A stretch of DNA of 64,000 nucleotides from Stegostoma tigrinum (Eukaryota), in contig NC_081370.1 in assembly GCF_030684315.1 (NCBI RefSeq), positions 34,304,728-34,368,727 on the forward strand. Reading direction: 5' to 3'. Under the pieces are notes generated by a model, which searched no databases, was not told where the DNA came from, and saw nothing but the letters and a program-made list of their open reading frames with translations. The translations under genes were made by a program, and so were the position numbers. Within the stretch, counting starts at the first letter, position 1. Each line of letters starts with the position of its first letter. Shown here piece after piece: positions 50,620 through 62,295 of this stretch.

Positions 50620-52400
50620 TTTGCCTTCCTGATCTCTCTTTTAAGAATGCTTCTACCTGCTGCACACTGATCAAGAGATTAGTTTGAACCCAGTTGTCTG
50701 TGTCTAATATACGATTCTTTTTCACTCTTGACTATAACCTCAGTATCTTTGTTTGTCCATTGTTCTTTAATCGTACCAACCTTGCCTTCCACTCTAACAG
50801 GAACAAAATGATTTTGAACTCTCGTTATCATACTTTTGAAAGCCTTCCACTAATCAGATCAGACATCCCTTTATTTGCAAACAGTTTGCTGCAATCAATT
50901 TTTGAACATTCTTGTCTCACACCATTTAAAATTTGCCTTACTGCAGTTAAAATCTTTAATTATTATGGATGTCTTATCTTTTTCCATAACTATTTTAAAA
51001 CCAATAGAATGATCACTGGACCCAGATTGTTCCCCTACTATCGTTTCAGTCACTTGCCCTGTCTTATTACCCAAGAGAAGATCAAGTTTTGCTCCTTCTC
51101 TAGTAGGAACATTTACATATCAATAAAGAAACTTTTCTTGAATACGTTTAACAAATTTTTCACGATCCAAACCTTTAGTACTAGATCGGCCCCAGTCAAT
51201 GTTTGGAAAATTAAAATCGCCCACTATCACAACCTTATTATTCTTACGTGTATCTGAGATCACTCTGCATATTTATTCCTCAGTTTCCATCTGACTGTTG
51301 ATGGGTCTGCAGTACAATCCCAGTCATTCCTTTTTTTATTTCTAAATTCAATCCATATATTTTCACAGGATGATTTTCTGGATAGATCTTCTCCAGTTTC
51401 AGCATTAATGCTTTCCTTAATCAAAATTGTCACTTCCCATCCTCATTTGCCTCTCTTTCTATACTTTCTGTTGGACCTAAAACCCAGAAGTTCAAGCTGC
51501 CAGTCCTGTCCGTTTCTCAGCCATGTTTATGCCATACCTCTGATATCCCAATCCCATATTCCCAAATATACCCTGAGTTCATCGGTCTTACCTGTATGAC
51601 CCCTTACATTGAAATAAGTGCAGTATAAGTTTTCAGAGTTACTTCATTCTCTGACTTGCTCTTGTCTGTATTGGTTAATTAACTTATTCTTTTCAGATTC
51701 AAAACCACCCTCATCTGTCTTTCTATTTAGTCTGTTACCCAGGATCCCTCCACTCTCCCTCTCTAACAGTTTAGTCTCCCTTAATGGAATTACCAAACCT
51801 CCCTAGAATATTGGTCCATTTAATGTAGAGATGAAACCCATCCCTTTTGAACAGATGTTTTCTGCCCCAGAAGAGATCCTGATGATGCAAGAACCTGAAT
51901 CCCTGAACATTACATCATCTCTTCAGCTGTTGAATTATCTCCTTCATCCTTTTATCCTTGCCCTCGTACAAGCTTGGCACCAGGACTAAACCAGAGAATA
52001 CTACATTTGAGGGTTTGTTTTATCTTCTACCTAACCTCTTATATTTGCTGTGTAAATCCTTAATCGTTTCCCTAACTATGTATTTCCTACCAATGTGTAC
52101 AATAACTTCCGGTTTCTCATTCTCCCCTTTAGCAATAAGCTTTAAACGTTCTGAGACATCCTTAATCCTGGCACCAGGAATGCAACATACTATCCTAGAT
52201 TTGCACTCATTGCGAAAGAGTCTCTTGTCTGTGGTCTTGATAGGAGAGTACCCTATAAACAATTTTTCTTTTCAATTTTGTCAAACCCCATCTAATTCAC
52301 TTTTTGTGCCCAAGATCTGACTGTCAGTTCTATTTTCCTCAGAGACAATCCTTTTCTACAGTGCCGAAAACTGAGTATCTGTTTGAGAGAGGATGTATGT
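50620..52400 (-). mobile_element. old CR1 (APE and ORF1 esterase remnants)
   Basis: IVCCIPGARIKDVSERL...PEVIVHIG in ORF 52020-52262. Confidence 0.65.
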
Positions 52401-52913
52401 GCCATGGAACACTAGCTCATCATTAGGCTTACTTAGCTTGCATGGAACGATCAACTTCTATAGAATTGCTTGCTGTGGTCTCATTGTTGTGAGTAAGGGC
52501 AGAGAGCAGCTGCAGCCAGTGTCAGGGTGAGTTAAAGATGTGGTGAATACTGTCACGTCAATGCAAGAAGAATTTGGCATTAAATGAAGGACTTGTCAGT
52601 GGCAAACACAACCTGAGAGTGAACATTTTTAAAATCTACAACCCTTGCATAAGTTAAGTGGGTTGATTATTTAAATAGTACCGTATCTTGCATTTCCCAG
52701 AATGCCAAATCGTATGAATACTGGCTAGAGTGTGCGTTTTATATAATTACTGACATCACTCATGAGAGCGAGAACAATCTAAGGTTCCACACTTGCCTCC
52801 TTACCTCTGGCCTATCCAAGGTTCCAGACATACCTTTCAGGTGAAGCAGTGATTTGCCTGCACTTTATTCGATCTATCTTACATTATTTACTATTCATAA
52901 AGTGGTCTGCCCG

Positions 52914-53175
52914 ACATAGAATCCCTACAGTGCAGAAAGAGGCCATTCAGCCCTCCGAAAAGCATCCCACCCAGACCTAACCTTATACCTTATCACGTAA
53001 CCTGTATTTCCTGTGGCTAATTCAACTGGCCTGCACATGCTTTGTACAGTAGGAGGAAACCCTCATAGATGTAGGGAGAATGTGTAAATATAGAGATAGT
53101 TGCCCAAGGCTGGAATTGAACCTTGGCCCCTGACACTGTGGGACAGCATGCTAAGCACTGCACCACTGTGCCACC
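52914..53175 (-). mobile_element. HE1-like SINE nested in a decayed PLE
   Basis: Reverse complement of ggtggcacagtggtgcagtgcttagc...ttcaattccagcc...gggattctatg. Confidence 0.7.
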
Positions 53176-53489
53176 TAGATATTGGGGAGGATGCAGTGCA
53201 GGCTGAGTGACTGCTTTGCAGAATGTCTGCATTCCATCTGATAAAATTACCCCAAGTTTTCAGTTGCCCGTCACTTGAATATGCCACCATTTTCCCTTGC
53301 CAACATTCCTGTCTCAAGCTTAGTTGTAGCATTCCAGTGAGGTGCAGCACAAGCTGGAAGAACAGCACCTAATTTTTGGCTTGGAAGCATTCAGCGTTCT
53401 GGACTCAATACCAAGTTTGATAATTTTAGAACCCGAACACAGTTTGAGGTGTCTGGAGGAACGTGAGGTGCCATAAATTGTATCCATAT

Positions 53490-53722
53490 TGATAACAAGA
53501 GTGTGGAGCTGGTGGAGCAGAGCAGAGCAGGCCAAACAGCATCAGAGGAGCAGGAAAGTTGACATTTTGGGTCGGGACCCTTCAGCCCCGTTTCTGAAGA
53601 AGTGTCCCTCCCGACCCGAAACATCAACTTTCCTGCTCCTCTGTTGCTGCCTGACCTGTTGTGTTCCTCCAGCTCCACATTGTGTTATCACTGACTTCAG
53701 TATCAGCAGTTCTTACTATCTG
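53490..53722. mobile_element. fold-back PLE-terminus mini-element
   Basis: Inverted arms about 53491-53583 / 53605-53690. Confidence 0.7.
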
Positions 53723-55298
53723 TAAATGAATTGTACCCACCTCTGCCACTTCCTCTGACAGCTTATTCCATATACGCCTCTTGTGTGGCAAAAGTTTCCC
53801 CTGAGGTTCCTTTTAAACATTTTCCCACTTACCTTAAATCTATGCCATCTAGTTTAGGACTCCCCTACCCTGGGGAAAAGACCTTGGCTATTCATCTTAT
53901 CTATGCCTGTCATGATTTTATAAACATCTATAAGGTCACCCCTCAATTTCCTATATTCCAAAGAAACCAGTCCCAGCCTATTGAACCTTTCCTTGTAACA
54001 CAAACCTTCCAATCTGTGTAACATCCTTGTCAATCATTTTTGCATCCATCCCAGTTTAATAACATCCTGCTTTGATGGTTAAGAGCAGTCGGCCCCACCT
54101 CATGTTCAAGGGGAAACAAAGCAGTGCTGGTGGTGGTAAGGGGCTTGTTAATTCTTTCCAAAGCCAGAGGATGAATTAGGAAAACAATCAATCTTTTACT
54201 TCATACTCAATTAGAGTCATACAGTAGTTTGAAGGAAGATTATTACAAGACTCTATCTCCCCATAACCAACACACAAGATCACATTTTCATCCTTGAAGC
54301 AGTAGCTGCAGTTGAGAAGATTTCTGGGTTTGCACTCTGGGGAAAGTGGCCGCATAGTTGTGATCCTATTGCTACAGGAGCTACTACAGGAGTAATTGCG
54401 ACAATTACAACGTTTAAGAGACTTTTAAGTAGATACATAGATAGGAAAGGTTTAGGGCCAAACGTAGGCAAATGGAACTGGTTCAGTTTAGGAATCCTAG
54501 TTAGCATGGATGAGTTGGGCCAAAGTTCCTGTTTCCATGCTATATGATTCTATGACTCTATAAGGCATCGGTTAACAGAGTGTGACTTCAAGAGGCCTAG
54601 CAAAACGTGAAGTCAGTGGTAGTTGAAGAATGCTTTCCATTGGTTAGGATCATACTGAGTGCAAAGCCTGTCCACTATCTACATATCAGAAATATGATGG
54701 AATACTTTCCATTCATCTGGACAAATGCAACTGCAATACTTAAAGGAGCTCAGACCCATATTGACAAGGCAACCTAATTGAAAGGCAGCACACTGAAAGA
54801 TTCAATCCCTCCTCCACTGATGTACAGTAGCAGCCTGTGTACCATCCGCAACTTGCACTGCTCTAACCTGCTGAGGTTCCTTTTGAAAGCACCATCTGAA
54901 TCCAGCTGGAAGAAAGAAGGGAGCATACGTATTGGAATGCCACCATCTTCAAATTTCCTTCCAACTTGCATGCCATCCCCTGACAAAGAACCAGAGTGCT
55001 GTTCTTTGTCTACTGCAATATCGAATTCCTAGAACATACATCCTAACAGCATTGTAGATGTTCTGCACCACATGGAATGGAGTGGTTCAAGAAGACAACT
55101 CACCTTATCCCATTAAAGTATTTTTATTTTTAAAATCTTATAGGGAATCGAGAACGTGACTTGCTTTTAACCATTCCACAACTGTGCTTTGGAACTGAGT
55201 GTCTGAAGTGCAAGTGTTCAGCTTTAAATCCTATATTTTGAGTTTCTTCAATTTCAGGTTCTAACATTTGAATGTTGTTAATTATTCTGTTTATCTAG

Positions 55299-55631
55299 AA
55301 ACCTTGGATGTGACCATATTTTCCAACCCAACAAATGTCTTTGTGACAGAAGATGTTACCCTGGAATGCAAATTTACTGGTAATGCTGCTTTCAACCTAA
55401 CAAATGTTGGGGTCCAGTGGTTTGGGCCCTCAAGAAAGGAGATCTATACCTTTGATGGAGGGGAACATACTTCAAAAAGACCAGGAGCAAAGATCTTTGA
55501 AGCTGGATTACGGAAAGGAGATGCTTCACTTTTTCTTCCAAATATACAGATTGAAGATGAAGGGACATACACTTGTATTGTATTTGTCACACCTCTCAAA
55601 GCTGAAAAGAGTTCAGAACTACAGGTGTCAG
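55299..55631 (+). CDS. NCR3LG1: IgV exon of a B7-H6 (NCR3LG1)-like gene
   Basis: tttatctag|AA acceptor, CAG|GTAAGA donor, 333 nt phase 1-1. Canonical VTLEC..VQW..DASL.L.....DEGTYTC; RPGA, GDASL and VTPLKA motifs plus the NLT sequon match B7-H6 V domains as recalled (paralogue status unresolved). Confidence 0.85.
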
Positions 55632-55716
55632 GTAAGATTCTTAAATTGCTAATTATTGTTGTGTTAGGGAAATGCCAAGTTAGAAGTGTAAAACAAACAT
55701 GGGGAAATGCAGCTAA

Positions 55717-56246
55717 ATGGTATCAATGTGGAAGGCAACTCCTATTCTGTTTGGGAACCCTGCAGCCGAAGAGTATCAATGTGGACTTCACAAGCTTCAA
55801 AACCTCCCCTCCCCCTACCGTATCCCAAAACCAGCCCAGCTCGTCCCCGCCTCCCTAACCTGCCCTTCCTCCCACCTAATCCCTCCTCCCACCTCAAGCC
55901 CCACTCCCATATCCTACCGACTAACCTCATCCCGTCCCCTTGACCTGTCCGTCTTCCCTGGACTGACCTATCTCCTTCCTACCTCCCTACACTCACCTTT
56001 ACTGGCTCCACCCCGCCTCTTTTACTGGTCTGTCTCCTGTCCACCTATCTTCTCTATCTATCTTCTATCCGCCTCCCCCTCTCCCAATTTATTTCAGATC
56101 CTCCTTCCCCTCCCCCATTTCTGAAGAAGGCTCTAGGCCCGAAACATCAGCTTTCCTGCTCCTCTAATGCCGCTTGGCCTGTTGTGTTCAGTCAGCTCTA
56201 CACCTTGTTATCTCAGATTCTCCAGCATCTGCAGTTCCTACTGTCT
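55717..56246 (+). mobile_element. Penelope-like 3' fragment with terminal repeat
   Basis: QLLFCLGTLQP.SINVDFTSFK; CTGAAGA..GAAACATC core at 56121-56148. Confidence 0.85.
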
Positions 56247-58669
56247 CATGCTCAAGTTAATGTTTGTGCTTCTTTGGGCTACAGATCACCTCTTCAACCA
56301 TGAAGCCTGAGCTTCAGTGCATTCTAGGCTCTTGGGATGGTGTTGCACTCCAGCTCCCAGTCTTAAGTTTGGCAATTTCACCATTAAGACTAGTTAATGA
56401 ACTAGAAAATGGCATACGTAATATAATGTGAATGTGTGAAATTATTCACTTAGGTAGGAAAAAAAGGCAAAATATTTCATAACTGGAGAAAGATTGGAAA
56501 GTTCAGGTTACTGCATCCTCGCTCTTAAGTGTAATTACAGATACATTGTAGCATGCAAACAATTAGAAAGGCAAGTGACTGGTTGGCTTTTATTGCAAAG
56601 GGAATTGAATGCAGGAGTAAATATGTCTTCCTGCAATTGTATGAAGATTTGGTGAAACCTTGCTTGAAGGAGAGTTTAGGCCCAAAACGTCAGCTTCCCT
56701 GCTCCTCTGATGCTGCTTGGCCTGCTGTGTTCATCCAGCTCTACACCTTATCATCTTGGAGTATTGTGTGTAGTTTTGGTCGTCTTATTGTGAAGAAGAT
56801 TATACTTTCCATTAACTTGAGTGCAACAGAGGCCTACAAAGTTATTTGCTGGAATGATGAGATGGTTTTGTGAGGAGAGATTGTGGAAATTAGGTCTGTA
56901 TTTCTTAGAGTTCATAAGAATGAGAAGAGACCTCATTGAAACTTATAAATTTCTTTATAACGTGTGACAGAGTGAATGTATTTGAAATGTAGCTGGAGTT
57001 TTGTATGCAGTTCTGGAATCCACATTATAGGAAGGATGAGATTGCATTGGAGAGGGTGCAGAGGAGATTTGTCAGGATGTTGCCTCAGCTGGTGAGTTTT
57101 ATGGATAGACTGGGGTTGTTTCCCTTGGAGCAGAGGAGACTGAGGGGAGAATAGGATTGAGATGTGTAAAGTCATGGGGGTTATATACAGGGTAGATGGA
57201 AAGAAACTTTTCTCCTTTGTTATGGGTAAATGACCACAAGTTACGTTTTAAAATTTGCTACTCATTAAGAAATCTCATAGACAATGAAATACTGAAACAA
57301 TGATTTCAACTTTATTGCATGTAGGAACCAAAATAAGACTCCTCAAGTAAGCAAGTTAAACCTCACAACCCAGCTTGGCTATTACCCAATTAATGGTGGA
57401 ACTTGGCCACAATTCCATGTGTCTATCTCTGGAAGTGTCCAGAGTTTGATCCTTGTATCATGTTCTGCTAAAGGAAGAATTCTGGTGTTTGATTCTTGGA
57501 CAGAGTTCCATTCTTCAGGTCTATGCGTGATATTTTGAGTAATTTCTTTTTAAGTCCTTTTATCAAAATTACTGCAAGTCTGCAGCTTGCCTTCTTATCA
57601 GAAGTAACTGTGTTGTTCTTTGTTAGATTTGGTCTTAACTGTCTGTTTGAAGGCATAGCTTTCCTGCAGTTCACTCCCTAAATTCTTCCGCAGGGCAATC
57701 AGTTGTCTTTGTGGCATAAAGCAGCTGTTCATCCAGCAGATGTCAAAGTGGTTTCGTTCTTGTCGCTTCAACTCCTCCTTTTCCCAGACGTGACTAATTG
57801 TTTTTAATTCCAGTGTAAGCTTGTCCTTGTCCCTTTATATTTGTTCAAGAGATACTTATTGCTGCTGCTTTCTGTGTTTAACAGTTTGTTTTGTTGATTC
57901 ATTCAATCAATGTACACTTGTTGATGTTCTGCAGTTTGTAGTATCACAGAGCCTCCCCTTTTCGTTATTTTTAATACGATGAACAAACACTAGAAATTGG
58001 GCACATCCCACCAAATTGGTCCGTATCCAAGCTGAGTTGTTACACCATACACGGTTTTAAAATATACCATTTCATTATGCAGTGCAGATACAAGTAAACC
58101 AGTAATCAAGAAATGAATTACAAAATAATGATCAGTAAATGAATCACAAGAGAAATAAGCACAAAGAAACAAACGCACACACAACAAAAGTAGAGTAATA
58201 GAACTGCTTTCTGCATCATCCATTGCAGCTTAAGGTTATAATGTCTTCACAAGACTATAACAAGATATGAAATAATATGAACGTACACAGCTATGTGTGC
58301 AGTAATTCCTCAATTCCACATGTCCAGATTTGACAGCTTTTTATTCCGGACAGAGTTATTGCTGCTGCTTTCCGTGTGTAACAATTTATGTTTCTGTTGA
58401 TTCCTTCAATCCATGAATAGTTATCAATATTCTGAAGTTTATAATATCAGACTTTGGTAAAGGGATTAATGACCAGGAACATAGATTCAGAAGGTATATC
58501 AGGAAAAAAAATTCACCAGAGGATTGTGGAAATATTGAGCTCAATGCCTGGAAGATTCGTAGATGCACAAATGTCATACCTTTAAGAAGTATTTAGAAAT
58601 ACACTTGTGATGCAAGGTGTACAATGCTAGGGGCTAAGTGCTAGACAATGAGATTAGAATAGTTAGGTG

Positions 58670-61600
58670 AGATAACACGGCGTGAAATAGGATGAACACA
58701 GCAGGCCAAGCAGCATCAGAGGAGCAGGAAAGCTGACGTTTTGGGTCAAGACCCTTCTTCAGAAATGGGGGAGGGGAAGGGGATTCTGAAATAAATAGGC
58801 GGAGAGGGGGAGGTGGATGGAAGATGGATAAAGGAGAAGATAGGTGGCGAGGAGACAGACAGGTCAAAGAGGCGGGGTTAGAGCCAGTGAAGGTGACTAT
58901 AGGTGGGGAGTTAGGGTGGGTATTGGTCAGTCCAGGGAGGACGGACATGTCGTGGAGGTGGGATGAGGTTAGTGGGTAGGTAATGGGGATGGGGCTTGAG
59001 GTGGGAGGAATGGTTAGGGAGTGGGGGCTAGCTGGGCAGGATTTGGGATGCGTTCGGGGGAGGGGAGATTTTGAAGCTTGTGAAGTCCACATCGATACCC
59101 TTGGGCTGCAAGGTTCCCAAGCGAAATCTGAGATGCAGGTCCTGCATCTTTCAGGTGGCGTCTTTGTAGCAATGCAGGAGGCCCAGGATGGACGTGCCGT
59201 CCGACGAGTGGGGGAAGGGGGAGTTGAAGTGTTTCGCAACTGGGAGGTGTATTTGTTTGTTGCGAACCGAGCGTAGGTGTTCCACAAAGTGGTCCCCAAA
59301 CCTCCGCTTGGTTTCCCCGATGTAGAGGAGGCCACAACGGGAACAACGGATGCAGTATATCACATTAGCAGTTGTGCAAGTGAACATCTGTTTGATGTGT
59401 AAGGTCCTCTTAGGGCCTGGGATGGGGGTGAGGGGGGAGGTATAGGAGTAGGTGTAGCACTTGCTTCGGTTGCAGGGAAAATTGCTGGGGTGGTGGGGCT
59501 GGAGGGGAGAGAGTGGTCCCTCCGGAAAGCACATAAGGGTGGGGAGGGAAAAATGTCTTTGGTAGTGGGGTCAGATCGCAGATGTGGGAAATGCCAAAGG
59601 ATGATGCATTGGATTTGGAGGTTGGTGGGGTGGTACGTGAGGACGAGGGGAATTCTGCTTTAGTTATTATTGTGGGTAGGGGGTGTGAGGCATGAGTTGC
59701 GGGAGACACGGTTGAGGGCATTTTTGATAACTGTGGAGGGGAAATTGCGGTCCGTGAAAAAAGAGGACATCTGGGATGTTTGGGAGTGGAATGCCTCATC
59801 TAGGGAGCAAATGTGGTGGAGGCAAAGGAATTGGGAATAGGGGGATGGCCTTTTTACAGGAAGGTGGGTGAGAGGAGGAGTATTCTAGGTAGTTGTGGGA
59901 GTCAGTAGGCTTAAAATGGATATCGGTTTCCTTGTGGATGCCTGAGATGGAGACAGAGAGGTCCAGGAAGGAGAGAAAGGTATCAGAAATGGACCAGGTC
60001 AACTTAGGGTTGGGGTGGAAGATGTTAGTGAAGTAGATGCGTGAGGTGGCGCCAAAACAGTCATCAATGTAACGGAGGAAGAGATGGGGGATAGGGCCAG
60101 TGTGGCTACAGAAGAGGGATTGTTCCAGGTAGCCTACAAAGAGGCAGGCATAGCTTGGGCCCATGCGGGTACCCATGGCGACCCCCTTTGTCTGTACGAA
60201 GTGCGAGGAGTTGAAAGAGACGTTGTTGAGGGTGAGGACAAGTTCGGCTAGGCGGATGAGGGTGTCACTGGAGGGGGACTGGACGTGTCTGTGGGACAGG
60301 AAGAAGCGGAGGGCCTTTCGACCATCTATATGGGGAATGCAAGTGTATTGGGACTGGACGTCTCTAGTGAACATGAGCTGCCAGGGACCAGGGAATTGGA
60401 AATTCTGGAGGAGGTGGAGGGCGTGGGTGGTGTCATGGACGTAGATAGGGTGTTCCTGGACCAAGGAGGAGAAAATGGAGCTCATATAGATGGCCGAGCA
60501 GGTCCGAGGCTGAAGAGATTACAAGAGAGTTGCAGTGGGAGAGAGATTCCCTGAGGTTGGTCCGGAGGGAGGAGGGTAACTTCTTCAGGTTAGGCATCCC
60601 TGGAAGAGGCTTCACAGTGAGGTTAAAATTGTGATCAGAGATAATGGGAACTGGAGATGCTGGAGAATCCAAGATAACAAAGTGTGAAGCTGGATGAATA
60701 CAGCAGGCCAAGCAGCATCTCAGGAGCACAAAGGCTGATGTTTCGGGCCTAGACCCTTCATCTCTAGATGGCGATAAGTTTGGTGGGGCAGGAGCAGGTG
60801 GAGACAATGGGTTGACCAGGACCATCAGGTTTGTGGATTTTGGGAAAGGTATAGAAGCAGGCTGTGCGGGGTTGGGGAATGATAAGGTTAGAGCCTGTGG
60901 GTGGGCGGTCACCTGAGGTGTTGAGGTTGTAGATGGTTTGGGAGATGATGGTTTGGTGCTTGGAGGTGGAGCCATGATCAAGGGGGCGGTGAGAGGAGAT
61001 GTCGGAGAGTTGGTGCCTGGCCTCAGTAATGTAGAGGTCAGTGCGCCATACTACAACTGCGCTTCCCTTATCCACGGGTTTTATTGTGAGGTTGGGATTA
61101 GAGTGGAGGGAGCGGAGGGCTGAGCGTTCTGTGGAGGAGAAGTCGAAGTGGGAAAGAGGGGCGGAGAGTTTGAGGCTATCGATGTCTTGACGACAATTAG
61201 AGATGAAGAGGTCAAGGGAGGGTAGGTGGCCTTGGGGTGGTGTCCAGGAGGAGGGTGTGTGTTGGAGGTGGGAGAAGGGGTCAGTAGAGGGTGGGTTAGG
61301 CTCACGGTTAAAGAAATAAGTGCGGAGGCAGGGGCGGAGAAAAACTGCTCAATGTCCAAACGAGAGTTGTATTCGTCGATGTGTGGGTGGAAGGGGACAA
61401 AGGTGAGCACTTCATTGAGGACTGACCGTTCGTCCTCAGTAAGGGGGAGGTCTGGAGGGATGGTGAAGACTCGGCAGCGCTGGGTATTATTGTCTTGTCT
61501 GGAGATGCTGGCTGTGAAGGCGGTGGGCGAAGCGACGTCGGCCGGTAAATCTAGGATGTTGGCGGCAGCGGCATCCCCGATGTTTGTGTTAGTGGCAGCA

Positions 61601-62295
61601 GGGTCTTCGATTTCTGTGTTCACTCCGCTGAGTCTTCACCATCCCCCCAGACCTCCTGCTTACAGAGGACGAACGGTCAGTCCTCAATGAAGGACTCACT
61701 TTTGTCCCCCTCCACCCACACATCGACGAATACAACTCTCGTTTGGACATTGAGCAGTTTTTCTCCGCCCCTGCCTGTGCGCTTATTTCTTTAACCATGA
61801 GACTAACCCTTCCTCTACTGACCTCCTCTCCCACCTCCAACACACACCCTCCTCCTGGACACCACCTCAAGGCCTCCTACTCTTCCTTGACCTCTTGATC
61901 TCTAATTGTCATTGAGACAGTGATAGCCTCAAACTCTCCACCCCTCTCTCCCACTCCAGCTTCTCCCCCACAGAACGCTCAGCCCTCTGCTCCCTCTGCT
62001 CCAATCCCAACATCACCATAAAACCCGCGGACAAGGGAGGCGCAGTTGTAGTATTGTGCCTGACCTCTACGTTACTGAGGCCAGGCATTAACTCTCCAAC
62101 ACGTCCTCCTACTGCCCCCTTGATCATGACCCCACCCCCGAGCACCAAACCATCATCTCCCAAACCATCCACAACCTTATCACCTCAGGTGGCCTCCCTC
62201 CCACAGCCTCTAAACTCATCATTCTCCAACCCCGCACCGTTTCACACCGTGTTATCTCAGATTCTCGAGCATCGGCAGCTCCAACTATCTCCGTA
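58670..62295 (-). mobile_element. 3.6-kb rearranged Penelope-like element (RT + GIY-YIG), 14-bp TSD
   Basis: KGVAMGTRMGPSYACLFVG..FLRYIDD (PLE RT), YCIRC..CGLLYIGETKRR (GIY-YIG); TSD agaatagttaggtg at 58656-58669 and 62296-62309; frameshifted. Confidence 0.9.

Noticed and set aside
50694-51257. 187-aa + strand ORF
   Set aside because: Antisense to an old CR1 endonuclease region; no protein-like motifs
55299-55700. Rearranging Ig/TCR V segment
   Set aside because: The exon includes its own G strand, ends in a splice donor and has no heptamer-nonamer RSS
55268-55858. 196-aa ORF as an IgV-PLE fusion protein
   Set aside because: A consensus donor at 55632 ends the exon; the rest is intron read-through into a PLE fragment
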